Shown piece after piece: positions 47,218-56,131 of a stretch of 64,000 bases of DNA (positions are counted from its first letter, which is position 1; each line of letters begins with the position of its first letter). This DNA is from an uncultured Syntrophomonadaceae bacterium (GTDB taxonomy: Bacteria; Bacillota; Dethiobacteria; DTU022): assembly GCA_964390725.1 (NCBI GenBank), contig CAYMIW010000010.1:1721-65720 (forward strand). The letters run 5' to 3'. The translations under genes were made by a program, and so were the position numbers. The notes beneath the pieces are model-generated. The model saw only the letters and a list, made by a program, of their open reading frames with translations, had not been told where the DNA came from and did not search any database.

Positions 47218-47711
47218 TATAATTTTTTTAGCATTAGATAATCTGTTTCCTGCTCCTCAAACACAGTAAAACCAAGTCTTTTATATAAGTTAAAAGCCCG
47301 GTTCAGTTTGTCTACACTAAGAGAAATGTTTTTGTAACCCCTATGCTTAAGTTCATCAAAGAGTGCTGTCATGAGGCCCGTGCCTATGCCCTGTCCGCGG
47401 TAAAGTTCATTAACGGCAAAACATAGTTCCGGAGTGTCGGCATCTATAAAACCATATGCCCCCTTTTCAGCACTCTCAAACTGCCTGGTCCAGGCAGCGC
47501 CTGCCTCAAGGCCATTTACTTCGGCAATAAAACCGGCGTCGGTATCTTTCATCCAATCGTCAAGGTAGATATGTAAATCCGGTTCGTCAACAATGGAAAA
47601 GGGAGGCCTTTCCTGACCCTCGGGAATGAACATGGCCTGGTAAAGCATTTCCCTTAAAAAGGGATAATCTTCTGCTTTTGCTTTCCTGACATTGAATAGT
47701 ATCTTTTTCAT
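47217..47711 (-). CDS. GNAT acetyltransferase
   Basis: PELCFAV..YRGQGIGTGLM..SLSVDKLNRA..LYKRLGF. Confidence 0.9.
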   Translation of the reverse strand: MKKILFNVRKAKAEDYPFLREMLYQAMFIPEGQERPPFSIVDEPDLHIYLDDWMKDTDAGFIAEVNGLEAGAAWTRQFESAEKGAYGFIDADTPELCFAVNELYRGQGIGTGLMTALFDELKHRGYKNISLSVDKLNRAFNLYKRLGFTVFEEQETDYLMLKKL

Positions 47712-47850
47712 TTAGTTCACCTGGTTGGTTAATATGTAGAATGGTTACTTTTATTATGCACAAGAGCATGTAACCATTTCTTTTAATAGCACACTATAAA
47801 AGTATAACTCCGGGAAGTTTACGTCAAGGGAAAATTTTTTTGAAAAACAC

Positions 47851-47901
47851 TTGACAACAATATAAACACGTTTATAATAATAAGTAGTTTATAGTATAAA
47901 C
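47851..47901 (+). promoter_or_regulatory. Sigma-A promoter with two palindromes sharing a half-site
   Basis: TTGACA (47851-47856), 16 nt, TATAAT (47873-47878); TATAAAC-AC-GTTTATA at 47861-47876 and GTTTATA-G-TATAAAC at 47887-47901. Confidence 0.75.
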
Positions 47902-47924
47902 CAGATTGGTGGGAGGTTTTTGTT

Positions 47925-48605
47925 ATGGAAAACCAGTTCGACGGGCAGGGAAACGACCTGAAACAGCTTTATGAAGATGTTGCCTACATCAAAAAAGCAG
48001 TATCTAAAAAAAGCAACATACTTAATTTCATGGAGATCAGCCAGGCCCTGCGGTTTGTGGCTCTTATATCGGGCTTACTGATTATTGTAACGGCAACAAT
48101 TCTGTATTTTCTCATTCAGCAGTATGGTTCTTTTGCAATGTTTCCCGATCGGATCAGGTTTTTTTTCTATCTATACCTTGTCCTGGCAGTTGCATTCATT
48201 GCCGTGATCAAGTTGCGTAATTTCTTAAATAAAGCCAGGGAAATAAACAGCCGCATTACTTTAGGCGAACTCTTTGAAGAAGTTTATACAGTCCGGTTCA
48301 TTGAAATCATAATACCTTTCCTGGTTGTCTTAATCGCAGTACCTGTGTATTTCAATTCCATGGGGCTGAATCAGCTTATCTTGCCTTTCACAGCCCTGCT
48401 TTTCGGGTTACTCTGTTTTGCAATTTCCGGTCTTCTTCAACTTAGAATAGCGCTTTTTCTCGCCGGTTGGCTGGTTTTATGCGGGCTGTTCTTTCTATTC
48501 GCGGGTCGGGGGACAGACCAGTTGATCCAGCTAATAGTTAGTTTTGGTTGCGGCCTTTTGATCATGGGATTATCAGGCTATATCGGTTTGCCGAAAAAGG
48601 AGTAA
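47925..48605 (+). CDS. Multi-pass membrane protein
   Basis: About 6 TMs; N-terminal LYEDVAYIKK helix; first gene of the regulator-ABC operon. Confidence 0.7.
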   Translation: MENQFDGQGNDLKQLYEDVAYIKKAVSKKSNILNFMEISQALRFVALISGLLIIVTATILYFLIQQYGSFAMFPDRIRFFFYLYLVLAVAFIAVIKLRNFLNKAREINSRITLGELFEEVYTVRFIEIIIPFLVVLIAVPVYFNSMGLNQLILPFTALLFGLLCFAISGLLQLRIALFLAGWLVLCGLFFLFAGRGTDQLIQLIVSFGCGLLIMGLSGYIGLPKKE

Positions 48606-48609
48606 TTAC

Positions 48610-48951
48610 ATGACCGATAAAAAAATGCCCAGACCGGAAATAGATAAAATAATCCATGAGCGAAGTCGCCTGCTTGTATTAAGCTACCTTGCAGCAGGGG
48701 ATGCAGCAGTTGTTTCCTTTACAGAGCTGAAGGATAAGCTTGAGTTAACTGCCGGCAATCTATCGGTGCAGTTGCGCAATCTGGAGGATGCCGGTTATAT
48801 AAAAATCAATAAACGTATCGCAGGCCGTAAGCCGGTTACCGATATTGCCTTAACTGCTTCCGGTATGAAAGCATTAACCGGTTACCTTGATGAAATGGAG
48901 ACCCTGATCAACCGGGTTCGGAATGTTAGTGATAAAGGTGGGAGAGATTGA
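48610..48951 (+). CDS. Small winged-helix regulator (ArsR/MarR-like)
   Basis: IIHERSRLLVLSYL..SFTELK..LTAGNLSVQLRNLEDAGYI. Confidence 0.88.
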   Translation: MTDKKMPRPEIDKIIHERSRLLVLSYLAAGDAAVVSFTELKDKLELTAGNLSVQLRNLEDAGYIKINKRIAGRKPVTDIALTASGMKALTGYLDEMETLINRVRNVSDKGGRD

Positions 48952-48952
48952 A

Positions 48953-49810
48953 ATGATAGAAGTTAGGAACCTCAGTCACGATTACAGCGGCAAAGGGAAT
49001 TACGCGGTTAAAAAAATATCCTTTCAGATTGACCGCGGTGAAATATTTGGTTTTCTCGGGCCCAGTGGGGCAGGCAAGAGCACCGTACAGAATATCATGA
49101 CTGGCCTGTTAAAGCTGCAGGCAGGTGAAGTAACCTATGGAAAAGTGCCGATCGGGAATATGAGAAAACAGTTTTTTAATCGTATCGGTGTTTCGTTTGA
49201 GCATCCCAATCTTTATGCTAAACTCAGTGGTTATGAAAATCTACGCTATTTTGCAGGCCTTTTTGATGTTCCCACCCGTTCTCCCCTGGAACTTCTTGAC
49301 CTGGTAGGTCTGCGCGAATCAGCTTATAAAAAAGCGGCTGCTTACTCAAAAGGGATGAAACAGCGCCTGGTGTTTGCCCGGGCCCTGATTAATGATCCCG
49401 AAATCCTTTTTCTCGATGAACCAACCGCCAGCCTCGACCCTGTTACAGCGGCAAATGTTAAGGATATTATTCTGGAGAAAAAGAAAAGGGGGGTAACTAT
49501 ATTTCTGACCACCCATAACATGTATACCGCTGAAGAGATCTGCGACCGGGTAGCTTTTCTGAATGACGGTAATATAGTGGCAATGGATACTCCCCGTGAT
49601 TTGAAACTTCAGTATGGAGAAAAATCGGTTAGGGTTGAATACAGGGAAGATAATAAAGTTAAAACTGATCTATTCTTTCTTTCCAGGGACGAAGACCGTT
49701 TAGCATTACAAAATTTGGTTGGCCATAAAGAGATCCAGACCCTGCATTCCCAGGAAGCAAGCCTTGAGCAGATCTTTATTCGCTTAACCGGAAGGGGGCT
49801 GCAGGCGTGA
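48953..49810 (+). CDS. ABC transporter ATP-binding protein
   Basis: GPSGAGKST, YSKGMKQRL, LFLDEPT; start ATG 48953. Confidence 0.92.
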   Translation: MIEVRNLSHDYSGKGNYAVKKISFQIDRGEIFGFLGPSGAGKSTVQNIMTGLLKLQAGEVTYGKVPIGNMRKQFFNRIGVSFEHPNLYAKLSGYENLRYFAGLFDVPTRSPLELLDLVGLRESAYKKAAAYSKGMKQRLVFARALINDPEILFLDEPTASLDPVTAANVKDIILEKKKRGVTIFLTTHNMYTAEEICDRVAFLNDGNIVAMDTPRDLKLQYGEKSVRVEYREDNKVKTDLFFLSRDEDRLALQNLVGHKEIQTLHSQEASLEQIFIRLTGRGLQA

Positions 49811-50847
49811 TCCGGCGCTTTTTTGCTCTCTTTAGCCAGGATTTAGTAATAGCATCCCGCAATGCCTTAATGTGGGTGTTGCTGGGAGCTCTAATCATAA
49901 TAATATTAACTGTCAGGCTGGTTATACCAGCCGACTTTGAAATGGGTGAAACCCAGTATTTTTATGACAAAAGTGCCCAGGGCTATCTTGAAACTGCTGC
50001 CAGACTGGAGGGCTTTGATCAAGAGCGGATTATGGGCAGTTTACCTGAACTGGAGCAGGTTGTTGCGGCAGATCAAAACTCAATCGGGATTATCTTTGAA
50101 GATGATGAGGCAGTGCCACGGGTAACAATCATCCATCACGGGGCCATTAGCCTGGAGAACCGTAACCTGATTGCCGCCGCAATAGAGGATTCGCTGAGGC
50201 CATATTATGGTTTTTCCGGACAACCCGATTTACAGGTAAGTTATTTAAGACCTGCGGCAGAAAAAGTACCTCAAAACCAGAATGCCGTTCCGCCCCTGCT
50301 GGCTTTTGAAGTTATCGTGAACGGGTTTATGATGGTAGCTGTGCTTTTATTCCAGGAAAAAATGGAGGGCACAATCAAGGCCTACCGGGTTAGTCCGGGT
50401 GGTCCTTCCATATATGTGATCTCAAAAGCTGCTGTTTTCGCCCTGATCGGAATTTTTTACGGACTGTTGATGGTAATACCGACAATAGGTTTTTCCTTTA
50501 ACATTTTACTGTTCCTCATCGTGTTATTTTTCGGTTCCCTTATATATACATGGTTGGGGTTGGCCGTTGCCGCTTTTTTCAATAATATCTCTGAATGGCT
50601 TTTCATTGGCATAGCATTACTGATGATTAATATGACCCCGGTAATATCGTATGGCTGGCCTTCTTTTGCTCCCCGCTGGCTTACCTATATACCCTCTTAC
50701 CCAATCATTTTTGGCTTGCGTGAAATATTGTTTCCCTCCGGTCGTTCCCTGGCTGAGTTGTTTATTTTTCTTCCCCTGGCTGCTCTGGTTGCTTACCTGG
50801 TTTGTTATCTGGTAGTGAAGAATAAACTAATGAGGGAGGGCAGATAA
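49807..50847 (+). CDS. ABC-2 type permease
   Basis: FQEKMEGTIKAYRVSP; resembles fluoroquinolone-export-type permeases. Confidence 0.8.
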   Translation: MIRRFFALFSQDLVIASRNALMWVLLGALIIIILTVRLVIPADFEMGETQYFYDKSAQGYLETAARLEGFDQERIMGSLPELEQVVAADQNSIGIIFEDDEAVPRVTIIHHGAISLENRNLIAAAIEDSLRPYYGFSGQPDLQVSYLRPAAEKVPQNQNAVPPLLAFEVIVNGFMMVAVLLFQEKMEGTIKAYRVSPGGPSIYVISKAAVFALIGIFYGLLMVIPTIGFSFNILLFLIVLFFGSLIYTWLGLAVAAFFNNISEWLFIGIALLMINMTPVISYGWPSFAPRWLTYIPSYPIIFGLREILFPSGRSLAELFIFLPLAALVAYLVCYLVVKNKLMREGR

Positions 50848-51852
50848 ATGAGACAGATTATTAATATTATGAAACAGGATCTTGCAACAGCTCTGCGCGA
50901 TAATATTCTTCTTTACATGATTATTGCACCGCTGTTTCTTGCTCTAGTAATTAAAGCCTTCCTGCCCTCAATTGAATCGGCTGGCTTAAACCTTGCCGTT
51001 TCGGCAGACCTTGACAGTGAAATAATTGCCGGGTTGAATAATTATGCAGTGGTGGAGCTGCTCGAAGATAACCAGGCTGTCACCGGGCGGGTTGAAATGA
51101 TCGATGCCGTACCCGGGGTAATAACCGAAAACGGGCAAATAATTCTCCTGCTGGAAGGTAATGAGCCGGAGGATATTATTGATGCTGCCAGGGTGGCGCT
51201 CACAGCAGTTATTGAAGGCGAAACCATAATCAGCTTTGAATATAGAAGCCTTGATGAATCGGCCTCACTGATGCGCGAGATTATCACGCTTTCCCTGATG
51301 ATGTTGGCCCTCTTGTTGGGTGGTGTGGTGTCGGGGTTCAATATCATTGATGAGAAAGACAGTAAAGCGGTAAATGCCCTGGCGGTAACCCCATTAACTC
51401 TGTCTCAGTATATAACCGCCAGAACAGTTTTGGCTTTTCTTATCACTGCGATAATTACCTCCGGTACCGCCACAATCCTCTTTGGTCTTGGAATAGACTA
51501 TTTAAAGCTGGTTGCAGTACTGCTGGCATCGTCGCTGATTATAGCCTTTTTTTGCCTGGTTGTCGGGGGTTTTTCCAATAACCAGGTCAGCGCTATTGCT
51601 GTTATAAAAGTCCTGATGCCTGCTTACATGGTTATCCCCATTGCATCACTGTTTGTGTCGGAAAAATGGCAAACAGCATTTTACCTGTTTCCCAACTATT
51701 GGCAGTTTCAGATGCTAAGAGGGCTCTTCTTTGGAGAAAATTTGGTTGCGCCTTTTTGGTGGTCACTCTTGCTAACGCTTGTTTTAAGTGCAGTTCTTTT
51801 AGTTGTCATGGTAAAAATAACAGGCGGCAGGCTAATGCCCCGGGGGAGGTGA
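50848..51852 (+). CDS. ABC-2 type permease
   Basis: IIDEKDSKAVNALAVTPLT; paralog of the upstream permease. Confidence 0.8.
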   Translation: MRQIINIMKQDLATALRDNILLYMIIAPLFLALVIKAFLPSIESAGLNLAVSADLDSEIIAGLNNYAVVELLEDNQAVTGRVEMIDAVPGVITENGQIILLLEGNEPEDIIDAARVALTAVIEGETIISFEYRSLDESASLMREIITLSLMMLALLLGGVVSGFNIIDEKDSKAVNALAVTPLTLSQYITARTVLAFLITAIITSGTATILFGLGIDYLKLVAVLLASSLIIAFFCLVVGGFSNNQVSAIAVIKVLMPAYMVIPIASLFVSEKWQTAFYLFPNYWQFQMLRGLFFGENLVAPFWWSLLLTLVLSAVLLVVMVKITGGRLMPRGR

Positions 51853-51856
51853 TCAC

Positions 51857-51979
51857 ATGGAATGGTACTGGTGGGTGCTAATAGCAGTTGCCGTTGTGGT
51901 TGTTGGTTATTTGAAGCTGAAAATATTTAACTCAATTATGGCAAAAAGGAAGAAGGCAGAACAGGAAATTGAGGATTAA
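51857..51979 (+). CDS. Small single-pass membrane protein, 40 aa: MEWYWWVLIAVAVVVVGYLKLKIFNSIMAKRKKAEQEIED
   Basis: GGAGGTGA RBS, ATG 51857, TM followed by a basic/acidic tail, stop just before the terminator. Absent from the ORF track. Confidence 0.7.
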   Translation: MEWYWWVLIAVAVVVVGYLKLKIFNSIMAKRKKAEQEIED

Positions 51980-51990
51980 GCAAAAGAAAC

Positions 51991-52017
51991 GGGCCGGCAT
52001 TTTAATAATGCCGGCTC
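51991..52017. terminator. Bidirectional terminator between the ABC and feo operons
   Basis: GGGCCGGCAT-TTTAATA-ATGCCGGCTC. Confidence 0.7.
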
Positions 52018-52072
52018 TTGTATTTTACAGGCAACATACCTTTTTTTACATAATCGATTACCTGTTATTGCC

Positions 52073-52231
52073 TTACTCTTTAAAATCCGGGCAGCTGCAG
52101 TTTTGTCCGCCGGCCTTACTGTAAGGGCAGCCGGGGCATTTTACTCCCTTTTTATTGTCGGATACTATTTTGGCAACTGCCACACCAATTATTGATATTA
52201 CTAATAAAAATAGCAGAATATTGCCCAGCAT
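52073..52231 (-). CDS. FeoB-associated Cys-rich membrane protein (52 aa)
   Basis: MLGNILLFLLVISIIGVAVAKIVSDNKKGVKCPGCPYSKAGGQNCSCPDFKE; TAATG overlap with the feoB stop and GGAGG RBS. Absent from the ORF track. Confidence 0.85.
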   Translation of the reverse strand: MLGNILLFLLVISIIGVAVAKIVSDNKKGVKCPGCPYSKAGGQNCSCPDFKE

Positions 52232-54225
52232 TATACCGCCTCCTTGATTGTTTTTTCGCTTTGTTGTTTTTTACTGCGAATTAAAGAAGCTATAACAGCG
52301 GCGAAAACCAGGATGGCAACTAACCCGGGAATAACCCCGCTGCCGAAACTGCCGGTTGTAATTAATGTACCTGCCTGGTAAACAAAATACGCAACTGTAT
52401 AACCAACACCGAATTGAAATCCTATCCCGGCCCAAAGCCATTTTTTACTGTCCATTTCGGCGTTCATTGCCCCGATAGCAGCAAAACAGGGAGGGGTGAA
52501 CAGGTTAAACATCAGGTAAGCGAGGGCAGCCACTGAAGTTAACCCCATTACAGTTGCCACATCGCCGGCTCCGCTGATCAGTTCAAACTCTTCAGTATCG
52601 ATAAAGTTTGTTATCCCGTAAACAACAGCCAGGGTTCCGACAACATTTTCCTTTGCGATAAAGCCGGTAATTGCTGCTGCTGCAAGCTGCCACACCCCAA
52701 AACCGAGCGGGATGAAAAGGAGAGCAAACGGGCCGGCAATCCCGGCGAGGATGCTGGTGCTTTCCATTCCTTCCTCTACAACCTGGAAGCTCCAGTTAAA
52801 GGTTTGCATTATATGCACGGCGGCGTTACAGACCAGGATTATTGTAGCTGCCTTGACGATAAAGGCTTTTGCCCTCGAAAACATCGAGACAAGGGCCCGC
52901 TTAATGCTGGGCAGGCGGTATTCTGGCAGCTCCATGATGAAATAAGCAGGTGAAGAACTGTCTCTGGTGATTTTGCGAACGAGCAGGGCTCCGACAATAA
53001 TAATGCCGATAGCTACGAAATACATGGAGGTTCCTACCCAGGCTGCGTCACCAAAGAATACCCCGGCAAATAAAGCAATTATCGGCAGCTTGGCTCCACA
53101 GGGCATAAAAGGAGTCAGCATGGCTGTGGTGCGGCGTTGACGGTCATCACGTATGGTTCGTGTTGCCATTACCCCGGGGATGGCGCAGCCGGTACCAATA
53201 ACCATGGGGATAATAGACTTTCCGGAGAGCCCCACTTTTTTCAGGTAGCGATCCATCACCATTGCAACCCGGGCCATGTAACCGCTGTCCTCAAGCAGGG
53301 CCAGCAGAAAGAAAAGGACCATAATCAGGGGTAAAAAACCCATAACTGCTCCAACCCCGCCAATGATGCCGTCGAGAAATAACGAACTCAGCACGGGGGA
53401 AAGATCACTGCCCAGCAGCCCTGCAGCAAATTCATATAGTGAATCAATCCAGCCGACCAGGATATCGGCCAGCAGGGGGCCGACATAGGTTTGTGACAGA
53501 GAAAAAATCACATATATGATTGCAGCAAAAATTGGTATGCCCAGGACCTTGTTAGCGACAATACGGTCAATTGCATCCTGGCGGGTCTGTTTATGACTGG
53601 CTACAGCCCGATTTTCAACTTCGTCAACCAGTTTCTCTACGAAAACAAATCTTTCTCGATCATTTTCTTCAATACTTTCCTGATCCCGAAGGTCAAATAG
53701 CTCACTTTTAAACGGCGCAGTCTGTTTATCTCCAGAACGGTCGGCCGCTGCCCTGAGTAGTTCGGCCAGGCCTTTGCCCTCAGTTGAAGATGTTTCGACC
53801 ACCGGGCAGCCGAGCCGGTTCGAAAGCTCGTCCAGGTTAATCTGAATGTTCCTGCTCTCCAGGAGGTCACTCTTGTTAAGAGCTACCACTACAGGAATTC
53901 CCAGTTCCAGGAGCTGGGTAGTAAAGAAGAGGCTCCTGCTCAGGTTGGTGGTGTCTACAATGTTAATAATAACATCAGGTTTTTCATTCAGAACAAAATT
54001 CCGGGTAATGCTTTCCTCAGAACTAAAAGGTGAAATTGAATAAGCGCCGGGAAGGTCAACCACCCTTATAATTTCTTTCCCCCGGTAGAGTGATTTCTTA
54101 ATGTCACCTTCCTTCTTGGCGATAGTAACGCCGGGCCAGTTGCCCACGTGCTCAATTTTTCCTGTGATAGCGTTAAATAGTGTGGTTTTTCCGCTGTTTG
54201 GATTTCCGGTTAGTGCAATTCGCAT
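52231..54225 (-). CDS. feoB: Ferrous iron transporter FeoB
   Basis: GNPNSGKTT, GNWPGVT, DLPGAYS, NKSD, LEDSGYMAR, PFMPCGAKLP, PCFA. Confidence 0.97.
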   Translation of the reverse strand: MRIALTGNPNSGKTTLFNAITGKIEHVGNWPGVTIAKKEGDIKKSLYRGKEIIRVVDLPGAYSISPFSSEESITRNFVLNEKPDVIINIVDTTNLSRSLFFTTQLLELGIPVVVALNKSDLLESRNIQINLDELSNRLGCPVVETSSTEGKGLAELLRAAADRSGDKQTAPFKSELFDLRDQESIEENDRERFVFVEKLVDEVENRAVASHKQTRQDAIDRIVANKVLGIPIFAAIIYVIFSLSQTYVGPLLADILVGWIDSLYEFAAGLLGSDLSPVLSSLFLDGIIGGVGAVMGFLPLIMVLFFLLALLEDSGYMARVAMVMDRYLKKVGLSGKSIIPMVIGTGCAIPGVMATRTIRDDRQRRTTAMLTPFMPCGAKLPIIALFAGVFFGDAAWVGTSMYFVAIGIIIVGALLVRKITRDSSSPAYFIMELPEYRLPSIKRALVSMFSRAKAFIVKAATIILVCNAAVHIMQTFNWSFQVVEEGMESTSILAGIAGPFALLFIPLGFGVWQLAAAAITGFIAKENVVGTLAVVYGITNFIDTEEFELISGAGDVATVMGLTSVAALAYLMFNLFTPPCFAAIGAMNAEMDSKKWLWAGIGFQFGVGYTVAYFVYQAGTLITTGSFGSGVIPGLVAILVFAAVIASLIRSKKQQSEKTIKEAV

Positions 54226-54243
54226 TTTTTTCCTCCCTGTAAT

Positions 54244-54265
54244 TTAGTTAGACAAGGCTAACTAA
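54244..54265. promoter_or_regulatory. DtxR/MntR-type operator between feoA and feoB
   Basis: TTAGTTAG-ACAAGG-CTAACTAA, perfect 8-bp inverted repeat. Confidence 0.75.
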
Positions 54266-54285
54266 AAGTATAAAAAAATTCCGCT

Positions 54286-54576
54286 CTATAAAATAATAGC
54301 CCGGGCTAAATCTTCATCAATGCTGTATCTCGCCCCTTTTACATGAATAACAAAATTCTGGGCCAGGGCTGAAATGACTGTAACCATTTCACCTTCATAG
54401 CAGCCAAGGGTAAATAGAAAGTCTTTAACAGCTTGATCGTCAGTATTAATTTCCTTAATCGTATAAGGAAGGTTGGTATCGGCATCTGTAAGGTTAAACC
54501 TGCCTTCTTTACATTGCTTAAAACTTTTTACCGCCGTTTTTCTTTTAAATAATTTGCCTGCTACAGCCAGTTCCAT
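54286..54576 (-). CDS. feoA: FeoA
   Basis: FLFTLGCYEGEMV..GARYSIDEDLA; start 54576 after AAGGAGG. Confidence 0.85.
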   Translation of the reverse strand: MELAVAGKLFKRKTAVKSFKQCKEGRFNLTDADTNLPYTIKEINTDDQAVKDFLFTLGCYEGEMVTVISALAQNFVIHVKGARYSIDEDLARAIIL

Positions 54577-54596
54577 TTTGAACCTCCTTAAGTGCA

Positions 54597-54962
54597 TTAT
54601 TTATTCAGGTATTGCTTAATTGCATTTAGCATGTTTTCTGTTATAACATGTTCCATACGGCAGGCATTTGCCACCGCTTCACCAGGTGATAAATCCAGTG
54701 ACTTTTCCAGGAAACGTGTGATCAGGTTGTGTTTCCTGTATATTTTTTCTGATACAGCCTTCCCTTTCTCTGTTAGGGTTACAGGTCTGTATGATTCGTT
54801 GTTAATTAAGCCTTCTTCTTCAAGGTGGCTCATTGCCTTGGTTACACTCGGCTTTGTAACCTTTAAATCCCTGGCGATATCTGCCACGTGAGCGTGGCCG
54901 TGTTCCTTTTCCAGGATATAGATAGTTTCGAGATACATCTCGCTCGATTCATTGTATTCCAA
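54597..54962 (-). CDS. DtxR/MntR-family metal-dependent repressor (no SH3 tail)
   Basis: SSEMYLETIY..DIARDLKVTKPSVT..LTEKG..KH..FL..ACRMEHVI; TTG 54962 after a G-run RBS. Confidence 0.9.
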   Translation of the reverse strand: MEYNESSEMYLETIYILEKEHGHAHVADIARDLKVTKPSVTKAMSHLEEEGLINNESYRPVTLTEKGKAVSEKIYRKHNLITRFLEKSLDLSPGEAVANACRMEHVITENMLNAIKQYLNK

Positions 54963-54986
54963 AACAACCCCCCCTAAACCAAACAT

Positions 54987-55035
54987 TGTTAACCAAGACT
55001 AACATTATTATAATTATTATGTCCACTGCTGTCAA
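54987..55035 (-). promoter_or_regulatory. Consensus promoter and second DtxR-type box
   Basis: TTGACA (55035-55030), 17 nt, TATAAT (55012-55007); TGTTAACCAAGACTAACA at 54987-55004, core 13/16 identical to the feoA-feoB box. Confidence 0.8.
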
Positions 55036-55277
55036 TAAAAAATTTTAATTATGATTAGAACTGCCATTAATACCAGGTAAACGTTTATGTCGCGTTATTA
55101 CATTTAAAAGAAGGGTATATAAGCTGCTGTAAAAAAGATTTAACGACCCTTAAAATAATCAGACGCTGCCCCGGTTGCACCAGAATCAGAACACTGCTAT
55201 ACTAGCGCCATGGCAGTAAATGATTAAACATCAGCAACAATTTATTTTTCAAATACAGGGCAGCAGGTGGTAATCTT

Positions 55278-56063
55278 TTGGAATACTACAGGATTCTTGG
55301 CTTAGAAAAAAACGCAACAATAATTGAAATAAAAAGAGCATATCGTAAAATGGCCAGGGAATATCACCCGGATCTTAACTCCGGGAAAGATGCTGAAAAA
55401 CACTTTATCCGCATTAAAGCTGCTTACGATACTTTATGCGATCCATTAAAAAGAGAAAGCTATGACAACGGCTTATCCTATGCAAAAAAGCAATATAATT
55501 ATAACAATAACTATAAAAACGAACATAATTCCCGGCCTGAACCTAATTCTGCCAAAAATACAGCTTATAAAAAGAAAGATGAACCTCTCAAAAAAGCTGA
55601 TGAAGACCTTTCAAGGCTAATTACATTTACCCTTGGTAAAGACGAATATGCTTTAAATATTGATCAGGTTCTGGGTATTGTAGGTTCTGCAACAATAAAG
55701 GAACCGGAGCAACCAAACAGTGCTCTTGATGGTATAATCCATACCCGTGGAGAAGATTGGCCTGTAATTGATTTGGCCAGGAGTTTTGGTATAAACGGGG
55801 ATGAAAATGATGGGCCGGCAAAAATTATCCTGGCGGAGATAGAAGGTATTAAAGTAGGTTTTCTAGTTAATAAGGTGTCCCTTGTAACGGACCTCGCCAG
55901 CGCGATGATTCGGGATATGCCGAACAGCCCCCTGGGAGACACATTTCTTTCTTTGAAGATGGCCATGGTGGGAGAACGGATGATAATAATTCTTGATCTT
56001 GATCATATTTTATCGCCGGCAGTTATATCCGCCCTGAGAAGCCTCGGGCAAAACGGGGGTTAA
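55278..56063 (+). CDS. J-domain (DnaJ) protein fused to a CheW-like domain
   Basis: YYRILGL..EIKRAYRKMAREYHPDLN..F..IKAAYDTLCDP..R..YD; C-terminal LITFTLGKDEYALNIDQV..GIIHTRGEDWPVIDL..F..VGFLVNKV..IIILDLDHIL. Confidence 0.85.
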   Translation: MEYYRILGLEKNATIIEIKRAYRKMAREYHPDLNSGKDAEKHFIRIKAAYDTLCDPLKRESYDNGLSYAKKQYNYNNNYKNEHNSRPEPNSAKNTAYKKKDEPLKKADEDLSRLITFTLGKDEYALNIDQVLGIVGSATIKEPEQPNSALDGIIHTRGEDWPVIDLARSFGINGDENDGPAKIILAEIEGIKVGFLVNKVSLVTDLASAMIRDMPNSPLGDTFLSLKMAMVGERMIIILDLDHILSPAVISALRSLGQNGG

Positions 56064-56131
56064 ATATAAAAGATTGCTTCGAACAACAGTTAACAGTAAT
56101 TGATCAATAATTATGGAGGTTTGCTTAGCAA

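Noticed and set aside
55140-55277. Sigma-D promoter or riboswitch upstream of J-CheW
   Set aside because: TAAA-N15-CCCGGTT is a poor match to GCCGATA; the hairpin ACTGCTAT..ATGGCAGT matches no family I know.
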